Shown: piece after piece, positions 9,035-17,062 of the stretch
Layout: each line of letters opens with the position of its first letter
Position numbering within the stretch: position 1 is the first letter of the stretch
Source: Candidatus Korarchaeum cryptofilum OPF8
GTDB taxonomy: Archaea > Korarchaeota > Korarchaeia > Korarchaeales > Korarchaeaceae
Assembly (NCBI RefSeq): GCF_000019605.1
Contig: NC_010482.1
Location: 1,110,001 to 1,142,000 of the forward strand
Reading direction: 5' to 3'
Length of the DNA: 32,000 bases
The notes under the pieces: model-generated
The model's input: the letters and a program-made list of their open reading frames with translations, nothing else
What the model was told of the DNA's origin: nothing
Databases searched by the model: none
Program-made: the position numbers and the translations under genes

Positions 9035-9769
9035 TCAAGCACCCAAGAAGAGGGGGACAAGGTAAGAAAAGGCTATCGCTACTAGAATTGAGGTGTCCCT
9101 AAAGCTGTTCCTCACCTCTAAATTCAGAGATCTCGCTTCCACGACGAGAGATGCCTTAAAGGCATCGTTGGGCCCCCTGAAGAAGAGCTCAGATGCTGCG
9201 ATTGAGAGAGTATCGTAAACGCTCCCCTCTATGATCCTAGATGCTTTGGCTAAGATCAGCTCGTTCAGAGATCTCAAATACCTCCCTATATGAATTATCA
9301 TTATCTCGAATGCTAGCCCTAGATTTCCGCCTAGAGCGGGCTCAATAAATTTACTGATGCCCATTATAATCCTCCTGAAACCTAGAAGCTGTATTAGGAA
9401 ACTGAGGGTCATTATGGAAGTAGCCACCCTCAGGGGCACTATTAAGATTCCATTTATCGTCTCTGTTGAGCTAAAAGCCCTGGGGATCATTATTATTAGG
9501 GAGAAGAGGAACCAGAGCGATGATATTCTCAGGGATCTGATGAGATCCCTGAGGCCGCATGAAGAGAAGAGGAGTATCGATGTCAAGAGGAATGAGAAGA
9601 TTAGTTGAGTGAGTTTAACTGAGAATGCTGAGATCGAAACAGAAAAAAGACATAAGAGGAAGGATAGAGTTGGGTTAGCGTTCAATCTACCGGTAGAGCT
9701 CTCTATAGATGATAACCAATCGGAGAAAGCCCTTATGAGACCATCGAAAGCCCTATCTATTCCCCTCAA
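9035..9769 (-). CDS. cbiQ: Ni/Co ECF transporter transmembrane component (CbiQ/NikQ, EcfT-like)
   Basis: A multi-helix hydrophobic protein sitting between cbiN-like and cbiO in the canonical cbiMNQO order. The exact start is uncertain. The listed start overlaps the upstream gene by 17 nt. Confidence 0.75.
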   Translation of the reverse strand: MRGIDRAFDGLIRAFSDWLSSIESSTGRLNANPTLSFLLCLFSVSISAFSVKLTQLIFSFLLTSILLFSSCGLRDLIRSLRISSLWFLFSLIIMIPRAFSSTETINGILIVPLRVATSIMTLSFLIQLLGFRRIIMGISKFIEPALGGNLGLAFEIMIIHIGRYLRSLNELILAKASRIIEGSVYDTLSIAASELFFRGPNDAFKASLVVEARSLNLEVRNSFRDTSILVAIAFSYLVPLFLGA

Positions 9770-10031
9770 CTTTACCCCTCTTAATCAGAGCGGGGAGCAG
9801 GAGGATGAAGACGCCTACGAATCCAGCTACAATGTAACCTAACTCATCCGGTAGCCCTGGAACTGTGTAATCTGGGAGTATCCCTCTCCATAGGGGCTCG
9901 GATTCCTTAATCCCTATGATCTCAGCTGCTAGGTCCAGTGGTTCCCTGTAGCCAACGATATTAGCTCCTATCACTCCGAAGAGCGGGCTTATGAGCACGA
10001 GAATTATTATCGCGATGTAGCTCTTCCTCAT
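9753..10031 (-). CDS. cbiN: Small two-helix membrane component of the Ni/Co transporter (CbiN position, PDGLE-domain-like)
   Basis: The ATG at 10031 overlaps the cbiM TGA (an ATGA overlap at 10028-10031). The 93-aa product has hydrophobic helices at both ends and a central PDYTVPGLPDELGY segment resembling the PDGLE motif. The upstream 51 aa of the listed ORF lie inside cbiM and are spurious. Confidence 0.7.
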   Translation of the reverse strand: MRKSYIAIIILVLISPLFGVIGANIVGYREPLDLAAEIIGIKESEPLWRGILPDYTVPGLPDELGYIVAGFVGVFILLLPALIKRGKVEGNR

Positions 10032-10636
10032 TTTATCAACCCCCTTAATGAGAGGTATTTCACTAAGAGGCCAGTGGCTATGCCCTCTATCACGCCGAGG
10101 GCCAAGTGCCATATCCCCATCACGGGGACAGTGATGCTCAGGGGATAGCCGAAGCTGGGGGATAGGCCCAGCTCGAAACCGCAAGTTACAGCTGCTAGAG
10201 TTATCCCGATCCAGCCCCCGAGGAAAGCTGCTAAGAATTTCCTCCCTAGATACTTCAAGCTAGCTTTATATATCGCGTAACCTGCGAAGACATCTACTAC
10301 AGCCATGTTGAACGCGTTAGCTCCTAGGGCTGTGATCCCCCCGTCCCCCATCAAGAGGCATTGAACGACTAAGTTCATGAACATAGCTAAGCAAGCTCCG
10401 AATGGACCTAGGAAAATGGATGCGAACGCTCCCCCAACGAAATGCGCTGATGTACCACCGGGAATCGGCCAATTCAACATTTGAGCCGCGAATATTGCTG
10501 CGGCCATTACAGAGAGGTAGTATACGCTGCCCCCCTCCCTGAAGTACTTTCTGCCTGAGTAGATCACGATGGCTAGCGATATGACGTAGAGCGAGAGTGA
10601 TACGAGCGGGTCCAGGAAGCCGTCGGGGATATGCAT
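10028..10636 (-). CDS. cbiM: Ni/Co ECF transporter substrate-capture component CbiM/NikM
   Basis: Hallmark metal-binding N-terminus MHIPDGFLD, plus multiple TM helices (202 aa). Confidence 0.9.
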   Translation of the reverse strand: MHIPDGFLDPLVSLSLYVISLAIVIYSGRKYFREGGSVYYLSVMAAAIFAAQMLNWPIPGGTSAHFVGGAFASIFLGPFGACLAMFMNLVVQCLLMGDGGITALGANAFNMAVVDVFAGYAIYKASLKYLGRKFLAAFLGGWIGITLAAVTCGFELGLSPSFGYPLSITVPVMGIWHLALGVIEGIATGLLVKYLSLRGLIK

Positions 10637-10656
10637 AATACCATCCTTCGCTCTCA

Positions 10657-10682
10657 GTAATACTATTGCTTAAAAATATTAC
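10657..10682 (-). promoter_or_regulatory. Inverted repeat GTAATA-N14-TATTAC overlapping the cbiM TATA-like box; candidate NikR operator
   Basis: Perfect 6-bp arms at 10657-10662 and 10677-10682. The TATA-like element (minus-strand TATTTTTAA, plus-strand coordinates 10670-10678) lies about 34 nt upstream of the cbiM ATG and is overlapped by one arm. Confidence 0.4.
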
Positions 10683-10744
10683 GGAGTATAGCGATCTGTA
10701 ATAACTTGATGGGAGCTAGTTTCTTCCGATCTTCACGAATCGGC

Positions 10745-11884
10745 CTAAATATCACCAGCTATATCACTCAGAAACTCACTACTGCCGTACTTAGCCCATA
10801 TGAGGCAAGTTCCTTCCCCAGAGACCATACAGGGACCGTAAGGACTCTCAGGCTTGCATACCTTCATGAAGAGGGGACATTCCGTGGGCTTAGCTATCCC
10901 TAAAGTTATCTCAGTGCATTTGCAACCAGGAATAGAATCATTATACCATTCTTCCTTGGAGATCTCCTTGATCCCATATTTCCTGAAGGCATCATACCTC
11001 TCGTATTTCTCCTTGAGTATTAACCCGCTCTTAGGAACGAACCCTATGCCCCTCCAAGCGGCATCGACGACATCACTGGTTTCCTCCATTACTTTGAGAG
11101 CTCTCTCATTTCCCGAGGCTTTAACAGCCCTTGAGTATTCATTGAAGAGCTTGGCTTCCCCTCTATCTATCTGCTTCACTATCTCGAGTATCGAGAGCAG
11201 TACATCTATGGGCTCAAAGCCAGAGACGACTATGGGGATCCCGTACTCTTCGGCCACGAACCTCCAAGCATCAGCTCCTGTTATCGTTGAGACATGACCC
11301 GGTGCTATTATCCCCCTTATCGGTGAGCCCGGGTAGTTCTCGAGGACGTACCTCATTATCGGGGGAGTTAACCTATGGGCTATGACGAGGCTCAGATTTT
11401 CAGGCAAATTCCTGGAGCTTATCGGGCCTAAAGTAGCTGGAGCAGTGGTCTCGAATCCAACTCCGAAGAATATTGATTCCTTATCATCCTTGGCTATTTT
11501 TATCGCATCCAGAACACTGTAAACGATCCTTACATCCGCACCATCTTGCTTCGCTTCCTCCAAGTTCCTCGGCAATCCCCTAGCTTTAGTCCCCATGAGC
11601 CTGAAGGCATCCCCGAATGTCATCACTCTTATGCCCTCTACAGCTAGCTTGACTACGGCATCCACGTAGTAAGCTGGCGTTATGCAAACGGGACAGCCTG
11701 GTCCTGCCACTAGCTCGACTTCCTCCGGCATCAGATACCTTATGCCGTAATGAGTTATCGTCCACTCATGAGTACCGCAGAAGTTCATTATCTTTACGCT
11801 TCCAACTCTCTTAGCTATTTCTCTTATCTTGGAGGAGATCCTGGAAGCTATCTCATCGCTCCTCAGATCAGTTAGCGATCTCAT
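10745..11884 (-). CDS. hypD: [NiFe]-hydrogenase maturation protein HypD
   Basis: Motifs FCGTHEW, GPGCPVCITP, GFETTAP and PGHVS, plus a C-terminal Cys cluster (CKCTE...CPLF..C...PCMVSGEGTC). Confidence 0.95.
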   Translation of the reverse strand: MRSLTDLRSDEIASRISSKIREIAKRVGSVKIMNFCGTHEWTITHYGIRYLMPEEVELVAGPGCPVCITPAYYVDAVVKLAVEGIRVMTFGDAFRLMGTKARGLPRNLEEAKQDGADVRIVYSVLDAIKIAKDDKESIFFGVGFETTAPATLGPISSRNLPENLSLVIAHRLTPPIMRYVLENYPGSPIRGIIAPGHVSTITGADAWRFVAEEYGIPIVVSGFEPIDVLLSILEIVKQIDRGEAKLFNEYSRAVKASGNERALKVMEETSDVVDAAWRGIGFVPKSGLILKEKYERYDAFRKYGIKEISKEEWYNDSIPGCKCTEITLGIAKPTECPLFMKVCKPESPYGPCMVSGEGTCLIWAKYGSSEFLSDIAGDI

Positions 11885-14180
11885 CTAGATCCCTCCATAG
11901 CATAGAGGCGACCTGCCCCAACGCTATTCCTCCGTCTCCAGCCGGTACCATCGAGTTAAGCTTAACCTTAACTTTGAACTCCTTTAGGGAATCCTCTATC
12001 CCCTTTATGAGGATGGAGTTAACAGCAGCGCCCCCAGATACGAAAACAGAATCGTAATCGCTCCGATTCAAGTATCTAGATACCAGCTCGCCTAAGGAGT
12101 AGCCCAGCAAGTATATAGAGGTGTAAGCTAGATCCTCCTTCCTCCCCTCAGCCCCCAGTAACCTCTCAATGAACTCGCTCGTATCTATCACGCTACCCCT
12201 TATCTCAGGCGGTTCCATCCTCAGTAAGCTGCCCCTAGCAGCTGCCTCGAGCTTCATAGCTGGCTCCCCCTCGTAAGTCCTCTCGAGGCATATCCCCAGC
12301 AGAGAGCTTATCGCATCTAAGACCCTGCCCAAGCTCGAGATCATAGGGCAGCTACCTCTAGCCTGAGCTAGAGAGATCCTAGCCTCCCTCTCCCCCTTAG
12401 GGAGACCCTTAAGCAGATCCCTCCTCCTCAGTAGATCCAAGATTTCATCATCGCTCATGAAGGTACTCAGGATCCCTATGAGCATCCTCACTGGGTAAAT
12501 AGTAGCTCTATCACCTCCGGGCATGGGCTGGGGCCTCAAGTGACCCACCCTCTCATAATCGGAGAAGCTAGCGATCATGACCTCCCCTCCCCAGAGCGTT
12601 CCATCGTCCCCCATCCCGAGCCCATCTACAGCTATCCCCAAAACTCTCCTAGAGGGATCTACCCTCTCCTCAACCATGACTGAGCATATATGGGCGTGAT
12701 GATGTTGAACTTCGATGAAAGAGCTTCCATGTGCCAAGGCCCATGATTCAGCCAGCCTCCTGGAGGAGTAGCCCTTGTGCATGTCAGCCACTATTATAGC
12801 CTCGGATGGCTCTATCCTATACACATTTGAGAAGAACTTGAGCATCCTATCTAGGAACTCTAGGTTCTCCAATTCATCAGTATCCCCAATGAATTGCGTC
12901 AGAACTGCTTTATCCTTGAAGGCAACTGCTCCAGCGTTCTGAAGCTCGGCACCGAAAGCTATGACTGGCTTGCTCAGAGTTGAGGGCAACCTTATCCACA
13001 TAGGGGCGTAACCCCTGCCCCTCCTCAACATAGTGACCCTACTCCCAGTGAGCCTGACGACGCTATCATCGACTCTATTCACTATCTCCCTATTGTGATG
13101 TAAGAAATAATCGACTATTGGAGAGAGCCTCTCCCTCGCGCACTCGACACTAGTGCACATAGGCTTGTTGTGCTCATTACCGCTCGTCATTATCAGTATT
13201 TTATCCCTCACCTCGCTCAGGAGCATGTGATGTAGGGCTGTGTAGGGCAGCATTATTCCTATAAGATCTAGTCCAGGAGCTACTAGCTCAGAAATTCCTT
13301 CCTTCGAGGGCATAAGTACTATCGGCCTCTCGGGACTCGTTAATAAGTTTCTAGCCATCTCACTGACTACTGCATATCTCTCAGCTACTTCGACGTTTAA
13401 AGCCATGAGAGCGAAGGGCTTAGATGGTCTCCTCTTCCTCTCCCTCAGCTTCCTGACTACATCATCATCTGTAGCGAGGCAAGCTATATGGTAGCCCCCT
13501 AGACCCCTTATCGCTAGTATCTTCCCCTCATCTAAGAGCCTAGCTGCATCCCTCACCGGATCCTCCGACTCTACCTTTTCCCCATCGCTGCCCTCCATCC
13601 AGAGCTTAGGCCCGCAATTCGGGCAGGATATACCCTGAGCGTGGAACCTCCTCAGATTCTCCCTATCTTTATACTCCCTCTCGCAATCCTCGCATAACTT
13701 GAACTCTATCATAGATGTCTTCTCCCTATCGTAGGGCACATCCCTCATCATGGAGAACCTGGGGCCGCACCACGCACAACTATTGAAAGCGTACCTGTAA
13801 TGTCTATCATTTGAATCGTAGATCTCAGCTAAACAATGATCGCATATGCTGAAATCAGGAGGGATCATTGAATAGAGCTCTGCTTCCTTAGCGCTCGGGA
13901 GTATCGAGAACCCCTCGATATTATCGGGCTGGGTGAACTCTATAAGGACCTCCTCGAGCCTAGCTGGTGGTGGCTTTTCATCGAGTAGAGCCTTTAGGAA
14001 AGAGGAAATTGATGAATTATTCCCCTCAACTCTTATCTCTACCTCACTTCCTCCCATATTCCTGACATAACCGGCAAGCCGATATCTAGAAGCCAGCCTA
14101 TGGATGAATGGCCTGAAGCCCACTCCCTGCACTATACCTGAGACTCTAATATTCAGCGCGACGTGATCCTCTTTCGGCAT
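11868..14180 (-). CDS. hypF: Carbamoyltransferase HypF
   Basis: Acylphosphatase domain (VSGIVQGVGFRPF). Two zinc-finger pairs (CDHC...CAWCGPRFS and CEDC...CPNCGPKL). YrdC-like LAIRGLGGYHIAC and a Kae1-like C-terminal domain. 770 aa. It overlaps the hypD start by 17 nt. Confidence 0.95.
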   Translation of the reverse strand: MPKEDHVALNIRVSGIVQGVGFRPFIHRLASRYRLAGYVRNMGGSEVEIRVEGNNSSISSFLKALLDEKPPPARLEEVLIEFTQPDNIEGFSILPSAKEAELYSMIPPDFSICDHCLAEIYDSNDRHYRYAFNSCAWCGPRFSMMRDVPYDREKTSMIEFKLCEDCEREYKDRENLRRFHAQGISCPNCGPKLWMEGSDGEKVESEDPVRDAARLLDEGKILAIRGLGGYHIACLATDDDVVRKLRERKRRPSKPFALMALNVEVAERYAVVSEMARNLLTSPERPIVLMPSKEGISELVAPGLDLIGIMLPYTALHHMLLSEVRDKILIMTSGNEHNKPMCTSVECARERLSPIVDYFLHHNREIVNRVDDSVVRLTGSRVTMLRRGRGYAPMWIRLPSTLSKPVIAFGAELQNAGAVAFKDKAVLTQFIGDTDELENLEFLDRMLKFFSNVYRIEPSEAIIVADMHKGYSSRRLAESWALAHGSSFIEVQHHHAHICSVMVEERVDPSRRVLGIAVDGLGMGDDGTLWGGEVMIASFSDYERVGHLRPQPMPGGDRATIYPVRMLIGILSTFMSDDEILDLLRRRDLLKGLPKGEREARISLAQARGSCPMISSLGRVLDAISSLLGICLERTYEGEPAMKLEAAARGSLLRMEPPEIRGSVIDTSEFIERLLGAEGRKEDLAYTSIYLLGYSLGELVSRYLNRSDYDSVFVSGGAAVNSILIKGIEDSLKEFKVKVKLNSMVPAGDGGIALGQVASMLWRDLDEIAN

Positions 14181-14643
14181 CAGCTCACTAAATTAAGCGA
14201 TGCATCATCTCATTAATAAGTTTAACTATAATGTGTTAGAAATTTATAGCTATTTAGATCAAGAAATAATAATGATTTATTTATAACTCAGTTATTTCTA
14301 TCATTAAATATTAAATAAACGATAAGGGAGAGGTATATTCTGTTTTTGTCTGGGAATCCTTCCTTTAGGGAATTTTTAGAGAGATAGTTCAAAATGAAGG
14401 AAGATACATATAAAATTTATATATAAATCATCAAAAATATACTTTATATAATGTTAAATTGATCATAAATATCCTTAATGAAAGATGCGAATGAGCTTAT
14501 ATTTTGATAAATATATTATTTTTTATCTCACCTTCATTAGCCAAATTGATGTATTTTTTAATGATAAGTCGATTGTTCTACCCAAGACAGAAGAGGAAAT
14601 ATTTTTATTATTTGTGGAGGCGCTTTTGGTGGGGGACTCATGG
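14181..14643. promoter_or_regulatory. Divergent, very AT-rich control region between hypFD and the hdr/mvh operon
   Basis: 463 bp with no credible ORF. TATA-like ATTTTTATTA (14601-14610) lies upstream of the 14644 ATG. CTTATTAAT (minus strand, about 14212-14220) lies upstream of hypF. There is an inverted repeat AGAAATAA (14262-14269) / TTATTTCT (14292-14299). Confidence 0.5.
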
Positions 14644-15780
14644 ATGGCCCTCATGCCAACTGAGAAGTTCTATGTTTTAACCGAAGATGTGCCGAGAGAA
14701 CTACTGAAGCTTGGAGGAGACGGTATAAGAAAGTGTTACCAATGCGGCACTTGCACTGCAATCTGCCCAAACTCCGAAATCCAAACAGTGAGAGTGAGAA
14801 GATTAATAAAGAAGATTCAGCTGGGAGCAAAAGATGGAGTTCTAGGGGATCCCACACCATGGACCTGCTACTTCTGCGGTGATTGCAATGCTACATGCCC
14901 GAAGGATGCTACTCCAGGGTATATCATGGATTCCGCTAGAAAATATCAAATAATTAATTATAGCATCCTTAAGTTGGGTAAACTTTTCTATAATAAGCTC
15001 TCTATGGCATTAGCTTTCATTGTAATGACGGCTATCGGATTGTTAGGGATAATGGTATGGCCGGGTAGCTTGAGCGAGCTCGATCTAGGGAGGGCAGATA
15101 TATATAGCTTCATGGGCTCCGAGCTAATACATGAGATAGGCCTCTGGCTGTTAGCCTACGTAATTTTAGTAACATTGGCCAATATATTCAATATGTACAG
15201 ATATATGAGAAAGGCATATCAAGGAAAAAATACTAATGCATCTCTCTGGATCAAGGAGCTATTCTATACAATAAAGGAGGCTCTGTTCCAATCAAGATTG
15301 AGATGCCAAAAGGGAACAAGCTATAGGTATTTGTCCCATTTATCGATTTTCTGGGGGTTCATTTTAACCTTTGCCGCTACAGGAACTCACTTCATATGGC
15401 TTATGTTATATCCTGGAACGTCTGAGCCCTCCTACATCACTTACGCTGCTAGGATTTTAGGGATAATTGGAGGAATCCTCCTCATATACGGAAGCGTCTA
15501 TTACGTCATTCACAGGCTGAAGAAAGACGACGTCTATGCGGAAAGGACTTATCTTCCAGACTGGTGGTTCCTCTCGTTGATCACGGTGATCGCGATCACT
15601 GGCTTCTTAACGACTTCTGGTGTATATTTGAATGCCCCTATACTAACTTACGCCTCCTATGGTGTTCATCTCATGGCAGTATTCTATCTAATAGTCTCAG
15701 CGCCATTTTCGAAGTTCGCTCATCTGATATATAGGCCACTTGCCCTCTGGTTCGCGAAGGTATGGGAGGGAGAAATATGA
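14644..15780 (+). CDS. Fusion protein: HdrC-like 2x[4Fe-4S] ferredoxin domain plus a NarI/HdrE/DsrM-like polytopic membrane (putative cytochrome b) domain
   Basis: CYQCGTCTAICP and CYFCGDCNATCP are followed by about 6 hydrophobic helices carrying His residues (IHEIG, YLSHLS, GTHF, VIHR, GVHLM, SKFAHLIYRP). The start is placed at ATG 14644 (GGTGGGGG at 14628-14635), with 14653 also possible. The listed N-terminal 53 aa (from 14485) are translated AT-rich spacer. Confidence 0.75.
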   Translation: MALMPTEKFYVLTEDVPRELLKLGGDGIRKCYQCGTCTAICPNSEIQTVRVRRLIKKIQLGAKDGVLGDPTPWTCYFCGDCNATCPKDATPGYIMDSARKYQIINYSILKLGKLFYNKLSMALAFIVMTAIGLLGIMVWPGSLSELDLGRADIYSFMGSELIHEIGLWLLAYVILVTLANIFNMYRYMRKAYQGKNTNASLWIKELFYTIKEALFQSRLRCQKGTSYRYLSHLSIFWGFILTFAATGTHFIWLMLYPGTSEPSYITYAARILGIIGGILLIYGSVYYVIHRLKKDDVYAERTYLPDWWFLSLITVIAITGFLTTSGVYLNAPILTYASYGVHLMAVFYLIVSAPFSKFAHLIYRPLALWFAKVWEGEI

Positions 15781-17057
15781 AACCCGTAGCAGTTATTGGT
15801 GGTGGTATAGCGGGTATTCAGGCGGCTCTAGATCTAGCTAACCAGGGTATAAAAGTCTACCTAATTGAGAGAACTCCTTCAATAGGAGGGAGAATGGCTC
15901 AGCTGGATAAGACGTTCCCCACACTTGACTGCAGCATGTGCATCCTGACGCCGAGGATGGTGGAAGTTGCGAGAAATAAGAATATAGAGCTCCTGACTTA
16001 CTGCGATCTTATTGATCTAAAGGGAAGCGTTGGGAACTTCAAATTGAAAGTTAGAAAGAAACCTAGGTACGTAGATGTGGATAAGTGTACCGGTTGCATG
16101 GTCTGCTCCAAGTACTGCCCATCCAAAGTTCCTGATGAGTATAATGAGGGGATGAGTGAAAGGAAGGCTATTTATATTCCATTTCCTCAATCAGTTCCTC
16201 TAAAAGCCACGATAGATGCAGAACACTGCCTTTGGTTCCAGAAGGGGATATGCAGGAACTGCGAGAAGTTCTGCCCAGCTAAGGCCATAAATTATGATCA
16301 GAAACCTGAAGATATTGAGCTTGATGTCGCTGCTGTTATATTCGCTACCGGATATGAACTGATAATGGATGCAGAGTTTCTCAGAGAGCAGTATGGATAT
16401 AGTAGGTATGCGAACGTTTACACGAACTTGGAGTATGAGAGGATCGTCTCAGCGACAGGACCGACTGGAGGAGAGATCTTGAGGAGGTCTGACAAAGCTC
16501 ATCCGAAGAGAATAGCTTTCATTCAATGTGTTTGCTCAAGAGACGCTAGAATCAACCCGAATTGTTCTTCAATATGCTGCATGGCATCCGTTAAGGAGGC
16601 CATATTGACCAAGGAGCATATGCACGATGTTGATGTGACAGTCTTCTACATGGACGTCAGGGCCTTCGGAAAGGGTTACCAGGAATTCTATGATAGAGCA
16701 AAGCAGGAGTTCGGTATAAGATTCGTGAGAAGTAAGCCCGCTAAAATAGTAGAGGATCCCAGTACAAAGAATCTCATAGTTTACTATGAGGATACTCAAA
16801 GTAGTAAGTTCGTTAAGGAGGAATTCGATATGGTAGTCCTAGCGGTAGGGGTGAGACCTGTGAAACCCGATTCATTCATCCCGATGAGTGAGGATTCATT
16901 CGCTCAGCTCAAGGATCCAATTATGGAGCCGGTTAGCTCCCCGATCCCCGGTATCTTCGTGGTAGGGATGTTAAGCGGCCCCAAGGATATACCCGACTCA
17001 GTCGTTCAAGCGAGCGCTGCCGCGATGAAGGCATCTCTAATAGCTGTGAGCCATTAG
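15777..17057 (+). CDS. hdrA: HdrA-like flavoprotein, short form (no N-terminal Cys domain, no C-terminal ferredoxin domain)
   Basis: [16 protein letters not shown] FAD fold, the [15 protein letters not shown] motif, an inserted ferredoxin ([12 protein letters not shown] and [13 protein letters not shown]) and FIQCVCSRD...[10 protein letters not shown]. The ATG at 15777 overlaps the upstream TGA (ATGA). Confidence 0.85.
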   Translation: [426 protein letters not shown]

Positions 17058-17062
17058 GGGGG

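Noticed and set aside
10032-10184. N-terminal extension of the cbiN-like ORF (start at 10184).
   Set aside because: It lies wholly inside cbiM in another frame. The ATG at 10031 forms an ATGA overlap with the cbiM stop and yields a protein of canonical size.
14485-14643. 53-codon N-terminal extension of the ferredoxin/NarI-like gene offered by the ORF track.
   Set aside because: The translation (MRMSLYFDKYIIFYLTFISQIDVFFNDK...) is what AT-rich spacer gives. A TATA-like box (14601-14610) and a G-rich run precede the internal ATG at 14644, where the conserved ferredoxin domain begins.
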